64,000 nucleotides of DNA from Podarcis cretensis (GCA_951804945.1 OX638160.1:22630001-22694000), one strand, 5' to 3'; shown: positions 39,139 to 53,781, numbered from the stretch's first letter. The notes: generated from the letters alone by a model not told the origin. Program-made: numbers and translations.

Positions 39139-40990
39139 AGATATTTGGATATTGCGAATGGTCAGGGTTTGCTCATTTATTTTTGGTGTTTATCCTTACA
39201 TTGCTGGGATGGTTATTTTTATGCCCCTGGGCGAATTTTGTGGATGAATGCTTTTAGGATAGTTGTTTTGTTTTAATGGATTTTGTTGTAAATTTTATGC
39301 AGTCCCTGTAAATTGCTTCAGAACTCCCTTTTGAGAGAAGCAATGCATAAATAGAATAAATCTAATCTAATCTATTGAATCACCAATGCAAACAGCTCTC
39401 TCTATGAATTTTGCAGCGGCAGCAAAAAACACACTCAGGCCTAGTTAGCATCTCCATAATTGGGTGGGCTGGAGAGAGGATGGAAAGGCTTGAGTAAGAC
39501 ACTCAACCATAGTTTAGTATTACTTCTCAAAGAGGCCATATGGAAGGTGGAAAGGGGCTTTAGTTTAGACAAGAGAGAGAGCAGAACAAGGGAATATAAG
39601 GTCCATGGGTCACAGCTCTTATCAGGGTCCCTAGAAACTTGAGAAGCATAGGCAGAGTATAGCTAAGTGCAAACCACATGAAGAAATGGAGAGCTGTAAA
39701 GAAGAAGAAACTTGGAAGCAAATGAAGTACAGGAAACCCCAGAAAGCACAGCTCTGTAATCAGCATGACATTAGAGATATTTTCCACTCCACTGGGAAGG
39801 GCAGGAAGGAATATTGAAAAGACTCTCCCCACTCCCCACCAAATATTTGGCAAAGTAAAATAAGAAAGTCATTAAAAAGCAAGGATATAAAACTGATCTG
39901 CCTTTGGGGAGAAATGGAAGAAAGAGCAGCAACCAGCAGGATAAAAGGTGGCAACCTGCCACATAATTAATAAATACTACCACCAAATGCATGCAATACA
40001 TAAACATTTTATTAACGTATTGAGGTTTTGAGTTCTGATAAGCATGACCGGGTTTTACTATAACAATTACATTTAAAACAACTCACAACGGCTCCCTTTC
40101 TTGATGATTATGATTAAGTCACACACAAAAGCAACTCCTCAAGTTTATTTCTATACTGGGAAGCTGATGTTCCCTTTAACACTATTTAAATGTTGTTGCT
40201 TTTTTTAAAAAAAACGCATTTGGCCTTCTTTACGCTTGAACGTAACATAAAGAAAAGCACAAACATTGTAACTCAACTGGACAGTTTTATTTCAAACAGA
40301 GCTCTTTATCCAATATCTAGACACAATAAAAATTCCCCCCACCGACCCACCAATGCTTCAACCCAACTTTTCCCTCTCCAATGTTCCTCCTGAAATGGAC
40401 TGCCAGGTCTATTTCACAAGGTGAAGAGGACTGCATTAAATGACACAAGCAAAGTCGTTCAACAAACACTTCAAGGGCTGCCACACAGAAAAGAGCAAAG
40501 ACTTGTTCTCTTATGCCTCAGGGGTAGGGATGAGTGAATATGTCCATTTTGGTTTTTCATTTTTCCAATCTTCCGTTTGGTTTGCCACAGCAGTTTTCTT
40601 TTCTTTCTTTTTTTCATTTTAGGAGTCCCCATAAAATCCACCAGTGTTTTAGTGCGAATTTCATGCATTTTATTGCATCTTTGCATTTGACTGAACTCAG
40701 TAGAACTTGATTCGGAGTACGTATACACTGTTAGTCCAATCTAACTTGAAAATTGTTTCTATCAAAACGAGATGCCTACTCACAATATCAAAACCATGGC
40801 ATTCTGAAACGATTCTGAAACACTATGTAGCATGACAGCCTGTATTACGTTCAGAAATAAACAATTTATTCCTAAATCTCTTTCTAGTGGTATCCTCACT
40901 AGATAGTTTCAAATGATAAGAAGATAAAAGTGTAGACTACTTCCAACAGGGTAATGGTACATCCAAAAATCAAACATTTAAGCGTAGCTA

Positions 40991-41312
40991 GGGATGCAGG
41001 TGGCACTGTGGGTTAAACCACAGAGCCTAGGACTTGCCGATCAGAAGGTCGGCGGTTCGAATCCCCACGACGGAGTGAGTTCCCGTTGTTCGGTCCTAGC
41101 TCCTGCCAACCTAGTAGTTTGAAAGCACGTCAAAGTGCAAGTAGATAAATAGGTACCGCTCCAGCAGGAAGGTCAACGGCGTTTCCATGCGCTGCTCTGG
41201 TTCGCCAGAAGCGGCTGTACGCCGGCTCCCTCGGCCAATAAAGCAAGATGAGCGCCGCAACCCCAGAATCGGCCACAACTGGACCTAATGGTCAGGGGAC
41301 CCTTTACCTTTA
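40991..41312 (+). mobile_element. Sauria SINE (short internal deletion)
   Basis: A/B boxes and CCTTTACCTTTA tail; lacks ~30 bp present in other copies. Confidence 0.9.
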
Positions 41313-42351
41313 CTGTAGTATTTTAAAGATACATTCTGATAGATTGTGGATTTACACATGTGTACTTTATCTTTTTCCCTTGTGAAAATGTGCACCCAAC
41401 TGGTAATGTGAATAATTTATCCTGGATATAAACAAAAGGGAAAGACCTTAAAAGGGCAACCAGAAGACAGAAAACGGGGGGCGGGGTAGGAAGCAGAGAA
41501 GAAAAACAGTTAGCAGTGATGGGACAATGCCATTAAGTATCTAAAAATAGAGGGGGCTGTAGGAAGTTCCTTTGGGGGGGGGGAATGGATCTCCCATTGT
41601 CCTAAGATCCTGGTGCGGCCAGTTAAGATGCATAAGGAGTTACAATCTTTAACACACCATTTCCTTCCTACTGTTCCTTAAAGCAAAGAAACTGATTAAA
41701 CATCCTGCCACACACTACAAGCCCTTCCATAGCATTTGTTCCTTTTAAAACTGAGCAAGGTCATTTGTATGTTGAATTGCTGCTCTCTGCATGAATATGC
41801 CAAGATTGCAGCCCTGAATCAATAGCATTGCACGTGGGGATGTTGAAGCCAGCTGTGAAATCATAAAAAAAACTTAACATACATCAGCTACACATTTATA
41901 TTACAAATATTTGCACCTACTGAAAAATGTTTTTATTTCTAATTTTAGGTCATTGCATCCCCATTAGAGTAGCTGCATGCTCATTTAAGACCTAATCATG
42001 TTCTTTTCTGCTTTACAATGAAGTGTGTTGGTTGGATTTTCATCACACACTGAATAGCAGTGATTTACACCAGGGTCTGCTGTTTCTACTCTCAGCCTCT
42101 CCTTTCCCACGTGGTAATTGCCACTACCATCTCCTTGGCAATAACAGGGTTTGGAAGTTCCTGCCCCACTTCATCATGGGACAGTGCTGTGAGGAGGAAA
42201 TATCATTTCATTTTCAACTGACCATGGTTTGTTGTTATGTGTGGACCTGGAATTGTGGCTGATCTTAACTATGGCTTAGGGAAGCAGGCCAACGCCAGAA
42301 CCCACAATCTGAAGTTTGTCCTGGTTTGAACATAATGACAAAAAGCAGCTA

Positions 42352-42566
42352 AAGTGGTACCTCGGGTTAAGTACTTAATTCGTTCTGGAGGTCTGTTCTT
42401 AACCTGAAACTGTTCTTAACCTGAAGCACCACTTTAGCTAATGGGGCCTCCCGCTGCCGGAGCCCGATTTCTGTTCTTATCCTGAAGCAAAGTTCTTAAC
42501 CTGAAGGACTATTTCTGGGTTAGCGGAGTGTGTAACCTGAAACGTATGTAACCCGAGGTACCACTG
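42352..42566 (-). mobile_element. Tc1/mariner-pogo MITE (CAGTGGTACCTCGG family)
   Basis: Reverse orientation relative to the 13547 copy. Confidence 0.85.
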
Positions 42567-42781
42567 TACTTGGAAATGGAAATCAAAACTTCTGCCCTTC
42601 TCCTCACAGCTATACTGGAATTGTAGGGGAGAGGCACAGTTGTGAGCCCAAGGCTTGTTCATGAAATGTTAAACCCCAGTTTAGTGTTACATCTGAACAC
42701 AGACAACATCAGCATGGGGGGGGGGGGAACAGAAGAAACTGCCTTATGCGGAGTCAGATCATTGGTCCCTCTAACTCAGTA

Positions 42782-42985
42782 CAGTGGTACCTCAGGTGAA
42801 GTACTTAATTCGTTCCGGAGGTCCGTTCTTAACATGAAGCACCACTTTAGCTAATGGGGCCTCCTGCTGCTGCCACGGGAGCATGATTTCTGTTCTCATC
42901 CTGAAGCAAAGTTCCTAACCCGAGGTACTATTTCTGGGTTAGCAGAGTCTGTAACCTGAAGCGTATGTAACCCAAGGTACCACTG
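42782..42985 (-). mobile_element. Tc1/mariner-pogo MITE (CAGTGGTACCTCGG family)
   Basis: TIRs and TA TSD. Confidence 0.88.
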
Positions 42986-44646
42986 TACTGTTGACACTGA
43001 CTGGCACTGGCTCTTCAGGTTTTCAGGCAGACCTCTTCCCAGTCATGCCAGGAGATGCCACGGTTTTAACCTGGACTTTCTGCATGCAAAGTATGTACTG
43101 AAGCTACAGCCCCTCCCCACAGCCATGGTCATGAGTTACAGGTGTACAGTACTTATTGTAACCATAATGTATGCTAACTATGAACCAGGTTTTGCAAACC
43201 CTGGCCACAATGAGATATCTGGTGAGCATTAACATCTCAAACTGGACCAAGGAGTGCAATAACCTGTGCCAGAGAACATCAGTCACACTAAATAGAGGCA
43301 CCAAGGCCGCAAGACCGCCATTAGCTTTCTTTTGCATTCTCATCATAATTTGGATCACTAGTCCTGACCTTCAACAGCTTATAAAAAAGAAAGCAAATGG
43401 ACCTTGATCATTTAGGTACTTGCCCCTATTAACATGAAAGGAAAGAATAACTATTTCCCCCCAGCACTTTGAATCCAGTTAAAAATTTGCATTTATTTAC
43501 TTTTTTTTTTACATAAAATCTACGTCAAGGATTTTAACTGAAAAGCTTAAAAATACACTGCAAGATCCAAAGCACTGAAAATGCAACTTCCTGTGAGCAC
43601 CCACTTTACTTTCTGAGCTGACAGTCCTCTAGTCACACCTATTTACGACCAGTTAGGTAACTCACTGGAAGAATGCCATTCATAAGAGTTTGCCAAGGAA
43701 AACGGGCAAAAATGGTTTGAAGCTGGGAATCTTCCAACAGCCACAAGCTATCAGATCAATGGACTTTAGTTTACAAGGTGCTAATGGAGATACATTACTG
43801 GACACTATTGAATTAATAATTAGGATAAATAAGTAACTCAAGAGTTAGCATAATTTATGGAGCTGACTGGCTTGTGCTGGTAGCGTGAATGTCTGTTGTA
43901 AACAAACTGAAGGCACAAATCAAGGTTTCAGGAGCGCAGCCACATGAACCTCCGCAAGGATTCTCAAATCTCTGTTGAGTTTTTAATACTGTACAAAATG
44001 AAGTTACACACCTTCTGGGCTCCACAAATATTCAATTCATAGCTTTATTTGCTCTGGTGTTTGCCTCCTGTCTACCCCGTATAACAAACAATATATCCAT
44101 CTGAATTTCCGGAGGAATGTGATAAGACTAAGAGTCTATATTGGAAAGGGAGTGGGAAATGTGCAGGAACTGTGCTCAGAACTATACCACTAACACCAAA
44201 AGCTGGATATACACAGCATACCCCAATTTTTGTCTCATCAAACCACATAAGCATGGTGTACAGCACCTATACTAATGTATAGTGTGCATATACTTACTAA
44301 ACACAATTATGCTTATAGTTATATATAACACAGCATTTAAGTTGATTCACTCACTAAGTGCAAACATGTCCATTTCATTATGTGACATTACTTGGAGTAG
44401 AGCCTCAGCTTTGGGAAACTGGACTAGAGGAAAAGTAGACTTTGGTCACAATCCAGAAAGGCAGCAATGAACAGCACACCCTGTGGTGAAAGGCCTGTCA
44501 TTAGTGTCACCTGAGGGTTTTCCCTGGATTCTGTGATTTCCAGCTTTGCTTCCCACCAAACTCCAAGTGGTTGAAGCCTGCAGCCTTTTCTCTCTGAAAA
44601 GGATAATCAATTCTGCTTCGGTAATACTGAGGAGTGACTTCAGTGG

Positions 44647-44776
44647 NNNNNNNNNNNNNNNNNNNNNNNNNNNNNNNNNNNNNNNNNNNNNNNNNNNNNN
44701 NNNNNNNNNNNNNNNNNNNNNNNNNNNNNNNNNNNNNNNNNNNNNNNNNNNNNNNNNNNNNNNNNNNNNNNNNNNN
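44647..44776. other. Assembly gap (130 N)
   Basis: Run of N. Confidence 1.
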
Positions 44777-46699
44777 CACAAAGTCACTGCTATGAACTGT
44801 AGTAAAACATGTCTTTCTTGCTGAAAAGGTCAATACATGGCACTGCTCAGGGTAGTCCATGCATGACACAGTTCAGCTAAAATTGATTAGTGTAATTTTA
44901 TGAAAGAAACGTTCAATTATTATTGCACTGTATTTGGAGACTTTGACCCTGATTTATCCCAGAGTTGAAGCCCTGATAATCTATGTGCTAAGTTCATCCT
45001 GGTGGATAATAGAAAATTCTGCTCCATTTCCTCTGGGACTTCATGCTCATTAGTCACAGCATACCAATTAAAAGCTTTGTTAGAAAACCAGAGGAATGCG
45101 ACACAGCACATGTACAGACCAGGAAGCTGCTTTCACATCCAGCACGGATGAGTGGATTTGTATGGGACGCCAAGAATCACATTAGTAGGTCGTGTGCATC
45201 AGTGTGCAAGATCAACAAAAGAAGTGAATGATTTTTTTTTTCAGTCAGCACAACTCTTTTAAATTCTGACCGCTATCAAGTAAAAGATCTTGCATTTCTC
45301 TCCGACAGTAATTTTAAAGTGAAAAAAGAGATAGGGATAATATATACATTCACACATGCAAACAAACTGCAACTTTAAAATGACCTCCCGAGAAACAAAC
45401 ATTTCTGATTGTCCAACAGCTACCCCAGCTGACAAAGGTGAAGTTGGGGTTAATGCCACAACATACTGCTTATGAGCTAAAACAACAACTATTTTGCATT
45501 GGATTATTGGCATTATAAGCCACTGTTAAGTGTTCCTGACAGTAATTCTTAATTAAGAAAATAATAGGATTCCGCGTCTGTGCTCTGATCGTGAAGCCAA
45601 CTGACTCCATCTCAATCCAAAAACACCCAATGCGACTCAACAGACTTGCAATTTATTTAATGCAATGGGTTCTTATTAGAGATAAATTGCCCAGCCGCTA
45701 TCGTAGCATGAATATCCATATATACATATACTGTAGATATATGTTTATGTCCAAGGATTCTCTTAGCATTCTTTCAGCACTTCTCAACTGTTAACCTGTT
45801 GCTTCCAAAAAGATTTCATTACTGCTTCCAATTCCCAGATTGCGCTAGTGCTGCCACAAAACTTAATTGCAAGCAATAATGCCCACCTTTCAACTTAAAT
45901 ATTCATTTCTGCAAATCAAGTGCAGTATAATGGCAATGCTTTGGCACATATTCTGCATTACTGAAATATTATTCTCTAACATATTCCACTTGTGACACAT
46001 ATAATAACAAATCATGAAAATTGTCTTGTGGTGAATGCATGGAGAAATTGTGTGCAGGAGGGTAAACTGTTGCTGCAGGGCTTAAACAGAAGGGAAAGCA
46101 ACAGTTTAATGGGCTAGAGATCAGAAATGTGGGTGGAATTTTTTCCCAGGGCTTTGTTTTTCTGTGGAAAATTATGTTTCATAAGTTCAACTGGTAACAA
46201 TGAATGGATGCCAATCGCAAATCAGTATTAGGCAAGGTTGGCAGTTTAGAAGTTTTAGCTTTGGTGAAAATAAACATGCTAAATTACTCACTCCAAGTTT
46301 ACCAATAAAAATTGAAACTTTTCCAGTTCAATTTAAAAGCAACAACAACCCACATCACTCTTAGAGATGCTGGTGAACTTCAGTGAACTCAGGTTTGGAA
46401 GGAAACTTGAGGGCAAGTGTGTGGAACCTTTGGTGGGAGGCGGCAACATTTCCCCAAATACACAGATTGGCTTGGGAATTTTTGCCAAGTTTTTCTAGGG
46501 GTTTTCTTCTTCTGGGAGCTGCAGGAAATTGACAAGCCAGTCCAAAGAGAACTGAGTCCTAATATTCCGTTGTTGATGGTTAAGCTGCCTGTAGGGTAGG
46601 CCATAGCTGTGGGCAGTTGTACCCAAATCTAGACCTGGAAAATGTGTTCATTGAGAGCCAGAGTGATGTAGTGATTAGTGTCAGACTAGTAGCTGGGAG

Positions 46700-47050
46700 G
46701 GGACGCGGGTGGCGCTGTGGGTTAAACCACAGAGCCTAGGACTTGCCGATCAGAAGGTTGGCAGTTCGAATCCCCACAACCGGGTGAGCTCCCGTTGCTC
46801 GGTCCCTGCTCCTGCCAACCTAGTAGTTCGAAAGCACATCAAAGTGCAAGTAGATAAATAGGTACCACTCCAGCGGGAAGGTAAACAGCGTTTCCGTGCA
46901 CTGCTCTGGTTCACCAGAAGTGGCTTAGTCATGCTGGCCACATGACTCAGAAGCTGTACGCCGGCACCCTTGGCCAATAAAGCGAGATGAACACCGCAAG
47001 CCCAGAGTCGGCCACGACTGGACCTAATGGTCAGGGATCCCTTTACCCTT
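46700..47050 (+). mobile_element. Sauria SINE
   Basis: GGGACGCGGGTGGCGCTGTGGGTT head and CTTTACCCTTT tail. Confidence 0.9.
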
Positions 47051-47103
47051 TGCTGTACACAAGTACAATAAATATCCTAACATATCTCTCTCCGGGGCTT
47101 CAG

Positions 47104-47216
47104 AATAATAATAATAATTTATTTATACCCCACCCATCTGGCTGGGTTTCCCCAGCCACTCTGGGCAGCTTCCAACAAAACACTAAAATACAATAACCTA
47201 TTAAACATTAAAAGCC
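47104..47216 (-). mobile_element. L2-like LINE 3' tail
   Basis: Same family as 4260-4575. Confidence 0.75.
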
Positions 47217-50200
47217 TGAAAATTTGGGCTGGAAGAGTTAAGATAATGGAGCCTCAAAAGCAGTGGGAAATGTTGCTCTGCTGACCAGGCAAGGCCTCCT
47301 TTGCACCCAACCTGGCCACAGTTCAGAAACATTACAGTGTCTGCACACCTCATTCCTGCCTGCACCCAGAGAGGCCTCTGAGACTTCGCCACACAGCCCC
47401 AGCTAACACACTTGCCCAGGAGTAGCTGAAAGTTGTGGCGCCTTCCAGTCGTTGAGAACTACTACTATAATATCCTTGACCACTCACTGGCCACACTGAC
47501 TGGGACCAGGGCTTTGTTTCAGCCAGTTTGTGGCAGTATACTCTACCACCACCTCTTTCTCCTCCCCGCATTGAAGAATCTGCCCTGCATATGCTTTCCT
47601 AGGCAGCAAACAAAGCCTGCGTGCTGAGTTTACTGCCTGGGAAATAGATCCCGCCCACTTGCTGAATTAGCAAATCACGAGTGAGCAAAGGGGCAGGCCT
47701 CCAGGGGGCACGCAATCCATGGCTTTGCTCTGCAGCCACTTTCCATCTGAACTGCTGGATCGTTTTCCCCCCTCGTGGTATATTGCTTCTGGTTTTACAG
47801 GGGCAGCAAGGCGCGTGGCTCCCAGCGCTGTTTCTCTTGCACCATCCCTCCTGAATCCTGCCTAACTTTTGCTGGCTGTTCTGAATTCCAGCTCCAATCA
47901 GTGGCTATGTGGGCTGGTGATGGTGTGCATTGAAGTCCAAAACAACTGGACTGAAGAACACCAGGGTGGGGAAAGCTGTTCTAGCAAGAATGCATAAAAT
48001 AAAAATAGCAGCCAAAGAACAGAAACTTATGTGCAGCTCCTGCATGTGCATGCTACCCAGTTCACTTCAATGCTGGGATGTCTCCACCTGTGCAAGCATG
48101 CTCAGAGATGTCCTGGACACTGAAGTTAATGTAAAAGGCATTCCATGCAAAAGTATGGATTACACATCTTTTAGCTTCTTACCACAATTGGTAAGAAATT
48201 CCTCATTAATATCTCTCAATCCTCCAGTTCATCCTGTGAGTTCAAGCAAACACTGAACAGAGCTTTCCAAAGTTACGTTATTTGCCCTTGGAAAAGGGCC
48301 ATAAGACCCAAAACGCATCAGAGATTTTATAGAAGCAGGAAGAATATCTTCAGGCTTGACTGAACAGTGTGGATTAGTAATAAAGGCTACATTTCCTCAT
48401 ATTTGTGTACCACAGCTGTTTTCTACAGACAGGGCTTATGTGCCTTGGCTCAGCTAAACCTTATCATGGGAGCTATAGCTTCTGCCTGCAAATCAGTGCC
48501 CCCACCAGAACAGAAGGCTGTCTGGCCCAATGTACATCCTTATTATGTGCCATTTCACCTTTCCAATTTTTCAGCTTTTTCAAAGCTTTCTTACTCAAAG
48601 ACTCCTCCTATTCGGTAAGCACAAAGGGCTCAAATCAGTTTTTTCTTATATTGGTCTATAATGCATATGTAAAACCAACATTGGTATGGATGTGTGTTTT
48701 ATCTCAGTTCCCTTTGACATTCTGTCCTTTGTTAACAACAGTCGCAGGTTGCAGAAAGCACATGAGAAAGAAGCTAAAGGGTCTTTGATTATTTTGGCTA
48801 TTTTCCTCGGAAAAGGCTTAAACCAAGGGAAAACCACCACCCAGGAAGTTGCTGGACAACAATTCCTACCAGCCCCAGGCAGAATGTGAAAGGGACCGGG
48901 ATGATGCGAGTTTGAGTCCAGCAACATCTGAAAAACGCCATGTTGGCTACCACTAGCCTAAACATGCCATACAGTGAGCCAATTCCATGCTGAGGTGTTA
49001 AGGAATTTCCCCTGCACTGCAAAGCAAAGTCTGGCTCTTATCAGTATAGTAGGAATGTTGCCTTTGGTTAGCGACATTGGCTGGGGCCAATGGACCCTTC
49101 CCCTTCCAACGCAAAGGGCACTTTCAGGGTGGGGGTGTCCAATGTCTGACAGTACAGGGAGTAATGGGTTAAACTCCACGTACTCCATGGTTTCAGTCCA
49201 GCTGCCCACCTTCAGTTGCTATTGTTAAAGAGGAAACAGATACCTTCCATGCATGAATGAATGAATGTAATATCATGTCTGTTTGGACCATGACAGAAGG
49301 GACAACTGCCCTGGAAATACTAAGGGAGGGATTGTTTTATTGCTTTGGGGGTAGGCTGCCTTCTTTAAAATTAGAGCAGTAGGAAGTGCTCTGCTTGGGG
49401 TTAGGGGGCAATGGTTTGCTACTAGGTTAGTGTCCTTTTCAGGTCTATGCCCTGGCCTTGGCACGAATCTATTCCTGAAGCATTCATATGAAATCATACT
49501 CGGCAACTTCCTTTCATTGCCAAGACATTAAAAAAAAATTAAATCAAGGTAACCATAATTATAAGCTCTAAAAACCACATGCTTTATGTAAGAGTGCATA
49601 TTTTCTTAATTTTCAGTTGTCATCCGTCCAGCTGCCCACCCAAATCACACCTACCCTTCTCGCATACCCTTTTAAGTAGATAGTCTTATTGAAACCACCT
49701 TTCATTATTTCAGTGGCACACCAAGTGCTGAAGTGAATACTTTATTAGATTAAAACAAGCAATGTATGATTTATTTTAGTGTGTTCATCAGAGGCAGTAA
49801 CTTTTTAGTTTTTCAGGATTGTACCCACCCATAGGAAAACTGGATTCCATCATCACTTTCAGGAGACTTTACTGTCTCAAAAATACAGGTGTGAATCAGC
49901 ACTCAACTGGTTCCATGGCTCATTTCAGCCAAAACTTTAAAATCATCAATGCTGGAGCTGGGTGTGTATGCAACAAATACTGTTTTAAAACCTCATTTTT
50001 GTGAGCCCCTTCTTTGAAACTGTATATAAAAGTATGAAAATGGTTTTCTTGAATCATCTTTTTTCTTTTTCTTTACTCTTTCCAGTTCTGAGAAAGAAAC
50101 TACAGGCAAACAAAACAAAACATGGTAACACAAGTACCTTGTTCAATGCATTACGTTCAAAGACTGTGCTTTCTACTGTTTCAAACCATTTGTGGGATAA

Positions 50201-52529
50201 TTGTTTTGACTTATTTCACACATTAAGCAAAATGCCACAAATTGGTTTTTCATTTTTTTCATGACATTTGAACCTGTAGTCTTTAGCACCGCAAAGCAAT
50301 ATGCAACCACCTTAATTATTAAAATGTGACTGTTTGTATACATATTTGTAAGCAGGAAATGGTAATTAAGAATTCAAATATAGTTACGGGTAACAAACCA
50401 AAACTTTAATTATAGTCGTATTGCAGAAAGGGCACAAAATTTTCACAGAGTGCATAAAACACTTTTTCTGCATGCAAAAACCCTAGCCACATAATTTTGT
50501 GCCAAAATAAAAACTGTGTATTTAAAAAACTTACTTACAGTTTTGTTGTTAAAGTAAACCAGATTTTTTTGTTCCCGTTAAAATAAGCCAGAATTAGCAG
50601 AGTAATGTAAAGCATCCAGTAACAGCCTTGCTCTGCTCCTTGGGGATGTAGAGGAATCGTTTCAACATCTTCAAGAGTTTCCTTTTTCAGCATACCAAAA
50701 ATGTAGCCACACTTACTCTTTTTAAAGGGCCCTTGAGTGTTGATTGTTAAGATTTCTTCTTTTCAGTGTTATATGGCTGAATATTCACTCCAGTCGAATC
50801 ACTGTGCTCCTTTTATCGGCAGTGACATTTATCATCACCCTGCTTAGGTTATGTTACTGCTACATGCAGATATTTGAATCAGAATGAGACAGTTCTCTTA
50901 AGTTGTTGTACGTTAAAGGAAAACATGTGGAGGATTTCCTGCTGAGAGTTCCCAGCAGAGGCACAAATTCAAGGGTGTGTGGAAACTACTTGTCAAAGCT
51001 TTCTCTTCATTTGCATCAACAGTATGCATCTGAGCAATGAGAGGATGAATTCATTGCTGCTGCTCTTCAAGATAGCCCTCTAATACATCTCCCATTCCCC
51101 TAAGCAACCCTCAGCTCATAGGAGCAACTCAACAACCCAGCAGAGCAGACAGGGCTCCTTTGCCTTCTGTTACCAAGTAGTGGAACGCTGTTTCTGGAAT
51201 ACCACTGCAGACCAAGAGAAACTAATGCATAGGTGAAGATACAAATGCCAAAACAACTAGTGTCTCAGCTGACCTAGCCTCTTCTCTCTTAATCCACTTC
51301 AGGTCAGTCACACGCATGAAACCAGCATCTGGAAAATTATTTATTGAAATAAGTGTATTATGGGTAAGCGCCACAATACATTTCTGCTTCCTGGCTCTAC
51401 ATTTTTTATTTGGTAAACTAAAGATACCAGTTGCTTTGCCATCAAGGAACATTTTAGAAAATGAAAGTAACTTTCATCCACCAGGACTAGTTTTGCAGAT
51501 GAAATAATGGCGAGATTTTAGTATAAATCACATTTTCTGTGATTTACTTTGTGTTATGTGCATATTCTGCCTATGCTAGATGCTCAAGGCACTTCAGAAT
51601 AAAGCTATCATTATAAACATTGCAAACGGCACAACACTGGCCCAATATTAAAATGCACACAGCAGATACACCCACTCTATCTCTGTCCTCCACAAATTTA
51701 TTTGTAAGGTCTGAACGTTCGGTTGAATATTCATGTTCAGCTGTACACACATAGAAGCCCCCTTCAGATCTTCCTGCTCAACACAGGAAGGCTGGGAATG
51801 GAATGGGCATACCTGGTTTGCCTGTCTCTTTTTCATCCCCAATTTGATATTTACACATTATTTCTGAATGCCTGAAGAGGCCTAGAATGCTCTCCCCTGG
51901 CTCCCGCCATATATCACTTGGTCTGAATCAAGCTTGACTATAAAGTTTCAAGAGTAAAGGACTGCTCTGTGAGAAGGTAAAGATCTTCCAGGTTCCTGCT
52001 GTTGGAAGGAATCACATCTAGAAAGAGGAACGTGCTACCTTAGATCCTGAATGTAACAAACCTTCCATCAAGGATTTCCTTGATACATCTACAGTGCATT
52101 AATAATCTCTTCATTTTATGTCTTGTAACAACCTAATATTTTTCACAGGAGTCCTGAAGCCAAATAATTATGTGAGAAAGTCAGACCACATTTCATTATT
52201 AAACAGTGAGATTGGAGTCCTTGGGATTTGATAAGAGGGGAATGGGGGAGAGCTCAGGCCGCCAAAAGCCCAAGCAACAAACACAAATAAATAGCACCTA
52301 AAATTTATTGCTTCTTACATGTTCAGTTGAAGCAATTTTCAGGGCAAGGGGAAGATGGAGAGGATATCTGTCATATAATCCAAAGGTTTAATATTATGGA
52401 AAATGCTTTCCTTTCTCATGTATCTGAGATAGAGTGGCCAATTTTAAATGTATATATAATAAGGGAGTGAACAGAGGCAGAAGTGGAGGAAAGTACAGAA
52501 TGCATAAGAGAAGGACTCAGAAAAAAAAA

Positions 52530-53175
52530 TCTAGATCCATTTTTAGGAGGAGTGAGAAAGGGGGACCCTGACCCTGTTGATTCTCTTTGATGTCTTAGCA
52601 GCTTTCAACAACATCAACCTTAGTGGTCTTCTGTCTCAGCTGAGTATCTGGGGACACTGTAATGTGGTGGTCCCCCCTCTGCTTCAGTGGTCAACTCCAG
52701 AAAGTGATTATTGAGGAGCACTGCTTAGCTGCATGGGTTCTCCAGCATGGAGACGCGCAAGAGTCAGATCTGCCCCCACATTGCTTAACCTACATATGAA
52801 AATGTTGAGGGGGGGGTCATACAGAGTTTTGGAGTGCATTGTCATCAGTAGGCTGATGACAGGCGGCTCTATTTCTCCTTTTCATTTTCTGCAGGTGAGG
52901 CAGTAGATGTGCTGGATTGTGATCATGGACAGCTTGAAAGGCAAAACAAAAACAAAAAAACCACCTGAGACTTAATCCAGAAAACACTGAGATGCTGCTA
53001 GTGGGTGGTACCTCTGTTGAGCTGAGTGGCGTGAAGCCTGCTCTAGATGGGGTCACACTCCCTCTAAAGGAGCAAGTTCATAGCTTGGGGTTTTTCCTGG
53101 CTCCTTTACTGTCACTTAATGCACAGGTGGCATTGAGGGCAGAGAGTGCCTTGCAGCAGTTTAGCCTGTTGGTCA
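52530..53175 (+). mobile_element. Degenerate L2 reverse transcriptase fragment
   Basis: Relic LLxLxDxSAAF and (Y)ADD-like motifs (taggctgatgac); RLNPEKTE..L...DGVTLPLKEQVHSLG typical of L2 ORF2. Confidence 0.7.
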
Positions 53176-53438
53176 GGGGCAGAATTATTGGCATACACTG
53201 TATTAGGGCCCGGTGCAGCTGAGGGCCCTTCCCACAAGTTATTAGCGTGTATATTGTTAACTGAAAGGATAGCTTTGAAACATGAACATGAACAATTGCT
53301 GCTGTTGAATTCTAGTATTTTAGTTTGTTGTGCTGTTTCCACTAGAAGTGTGCTGAGTCTCCACCTCCGCATCTGTCCCAAGGATCCAATCAGGAGGGCC
53401 CTAGCAGGACGACTGAGAGGCTACCCACCCTGTCTTTA

Positions 53439-53781
53439 AAGGTAAAGGTAAAGGGACCCCTGACCATTAGGTCCAGTCGTGGCTGACTCTGGGGTTGCGG
53501 CGCTCATCTCTCTTTATTGGCTGAGGGAACCGGCATACAGCTTCTGGGTCATGTGGCCAGCATGACTAAGCTGCTTCTGGCGAACCAGAGCAGCGCACGG
53601 AAACGCCGTTTACCTTCCCGCCGGAGCAGTACCTATTTATCTATTTGCACTTTGACGTGCTTTCGAACTGCTAGGTTGGCAGGAGCAGGGACTGAGCAAC
53701 GGGAGCTCACCCCGTCGTGGGGATTCGAACCACCGACCTTCTGATCAGCAAGCCCTAGGCTCTGTGGTTTAACCCACAGCA
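53439..53781 (-). mobile_element. Sauria SINE
   Basis: (AAAGGT)n tail; 14-bp flanking direct repeat CCACCCTGTCTTTA. Confidence 0.92.

Noticed and set aside
44446-44869. ORFs spanning the N run
   Set aside because: Artefacts of the assembly gap.
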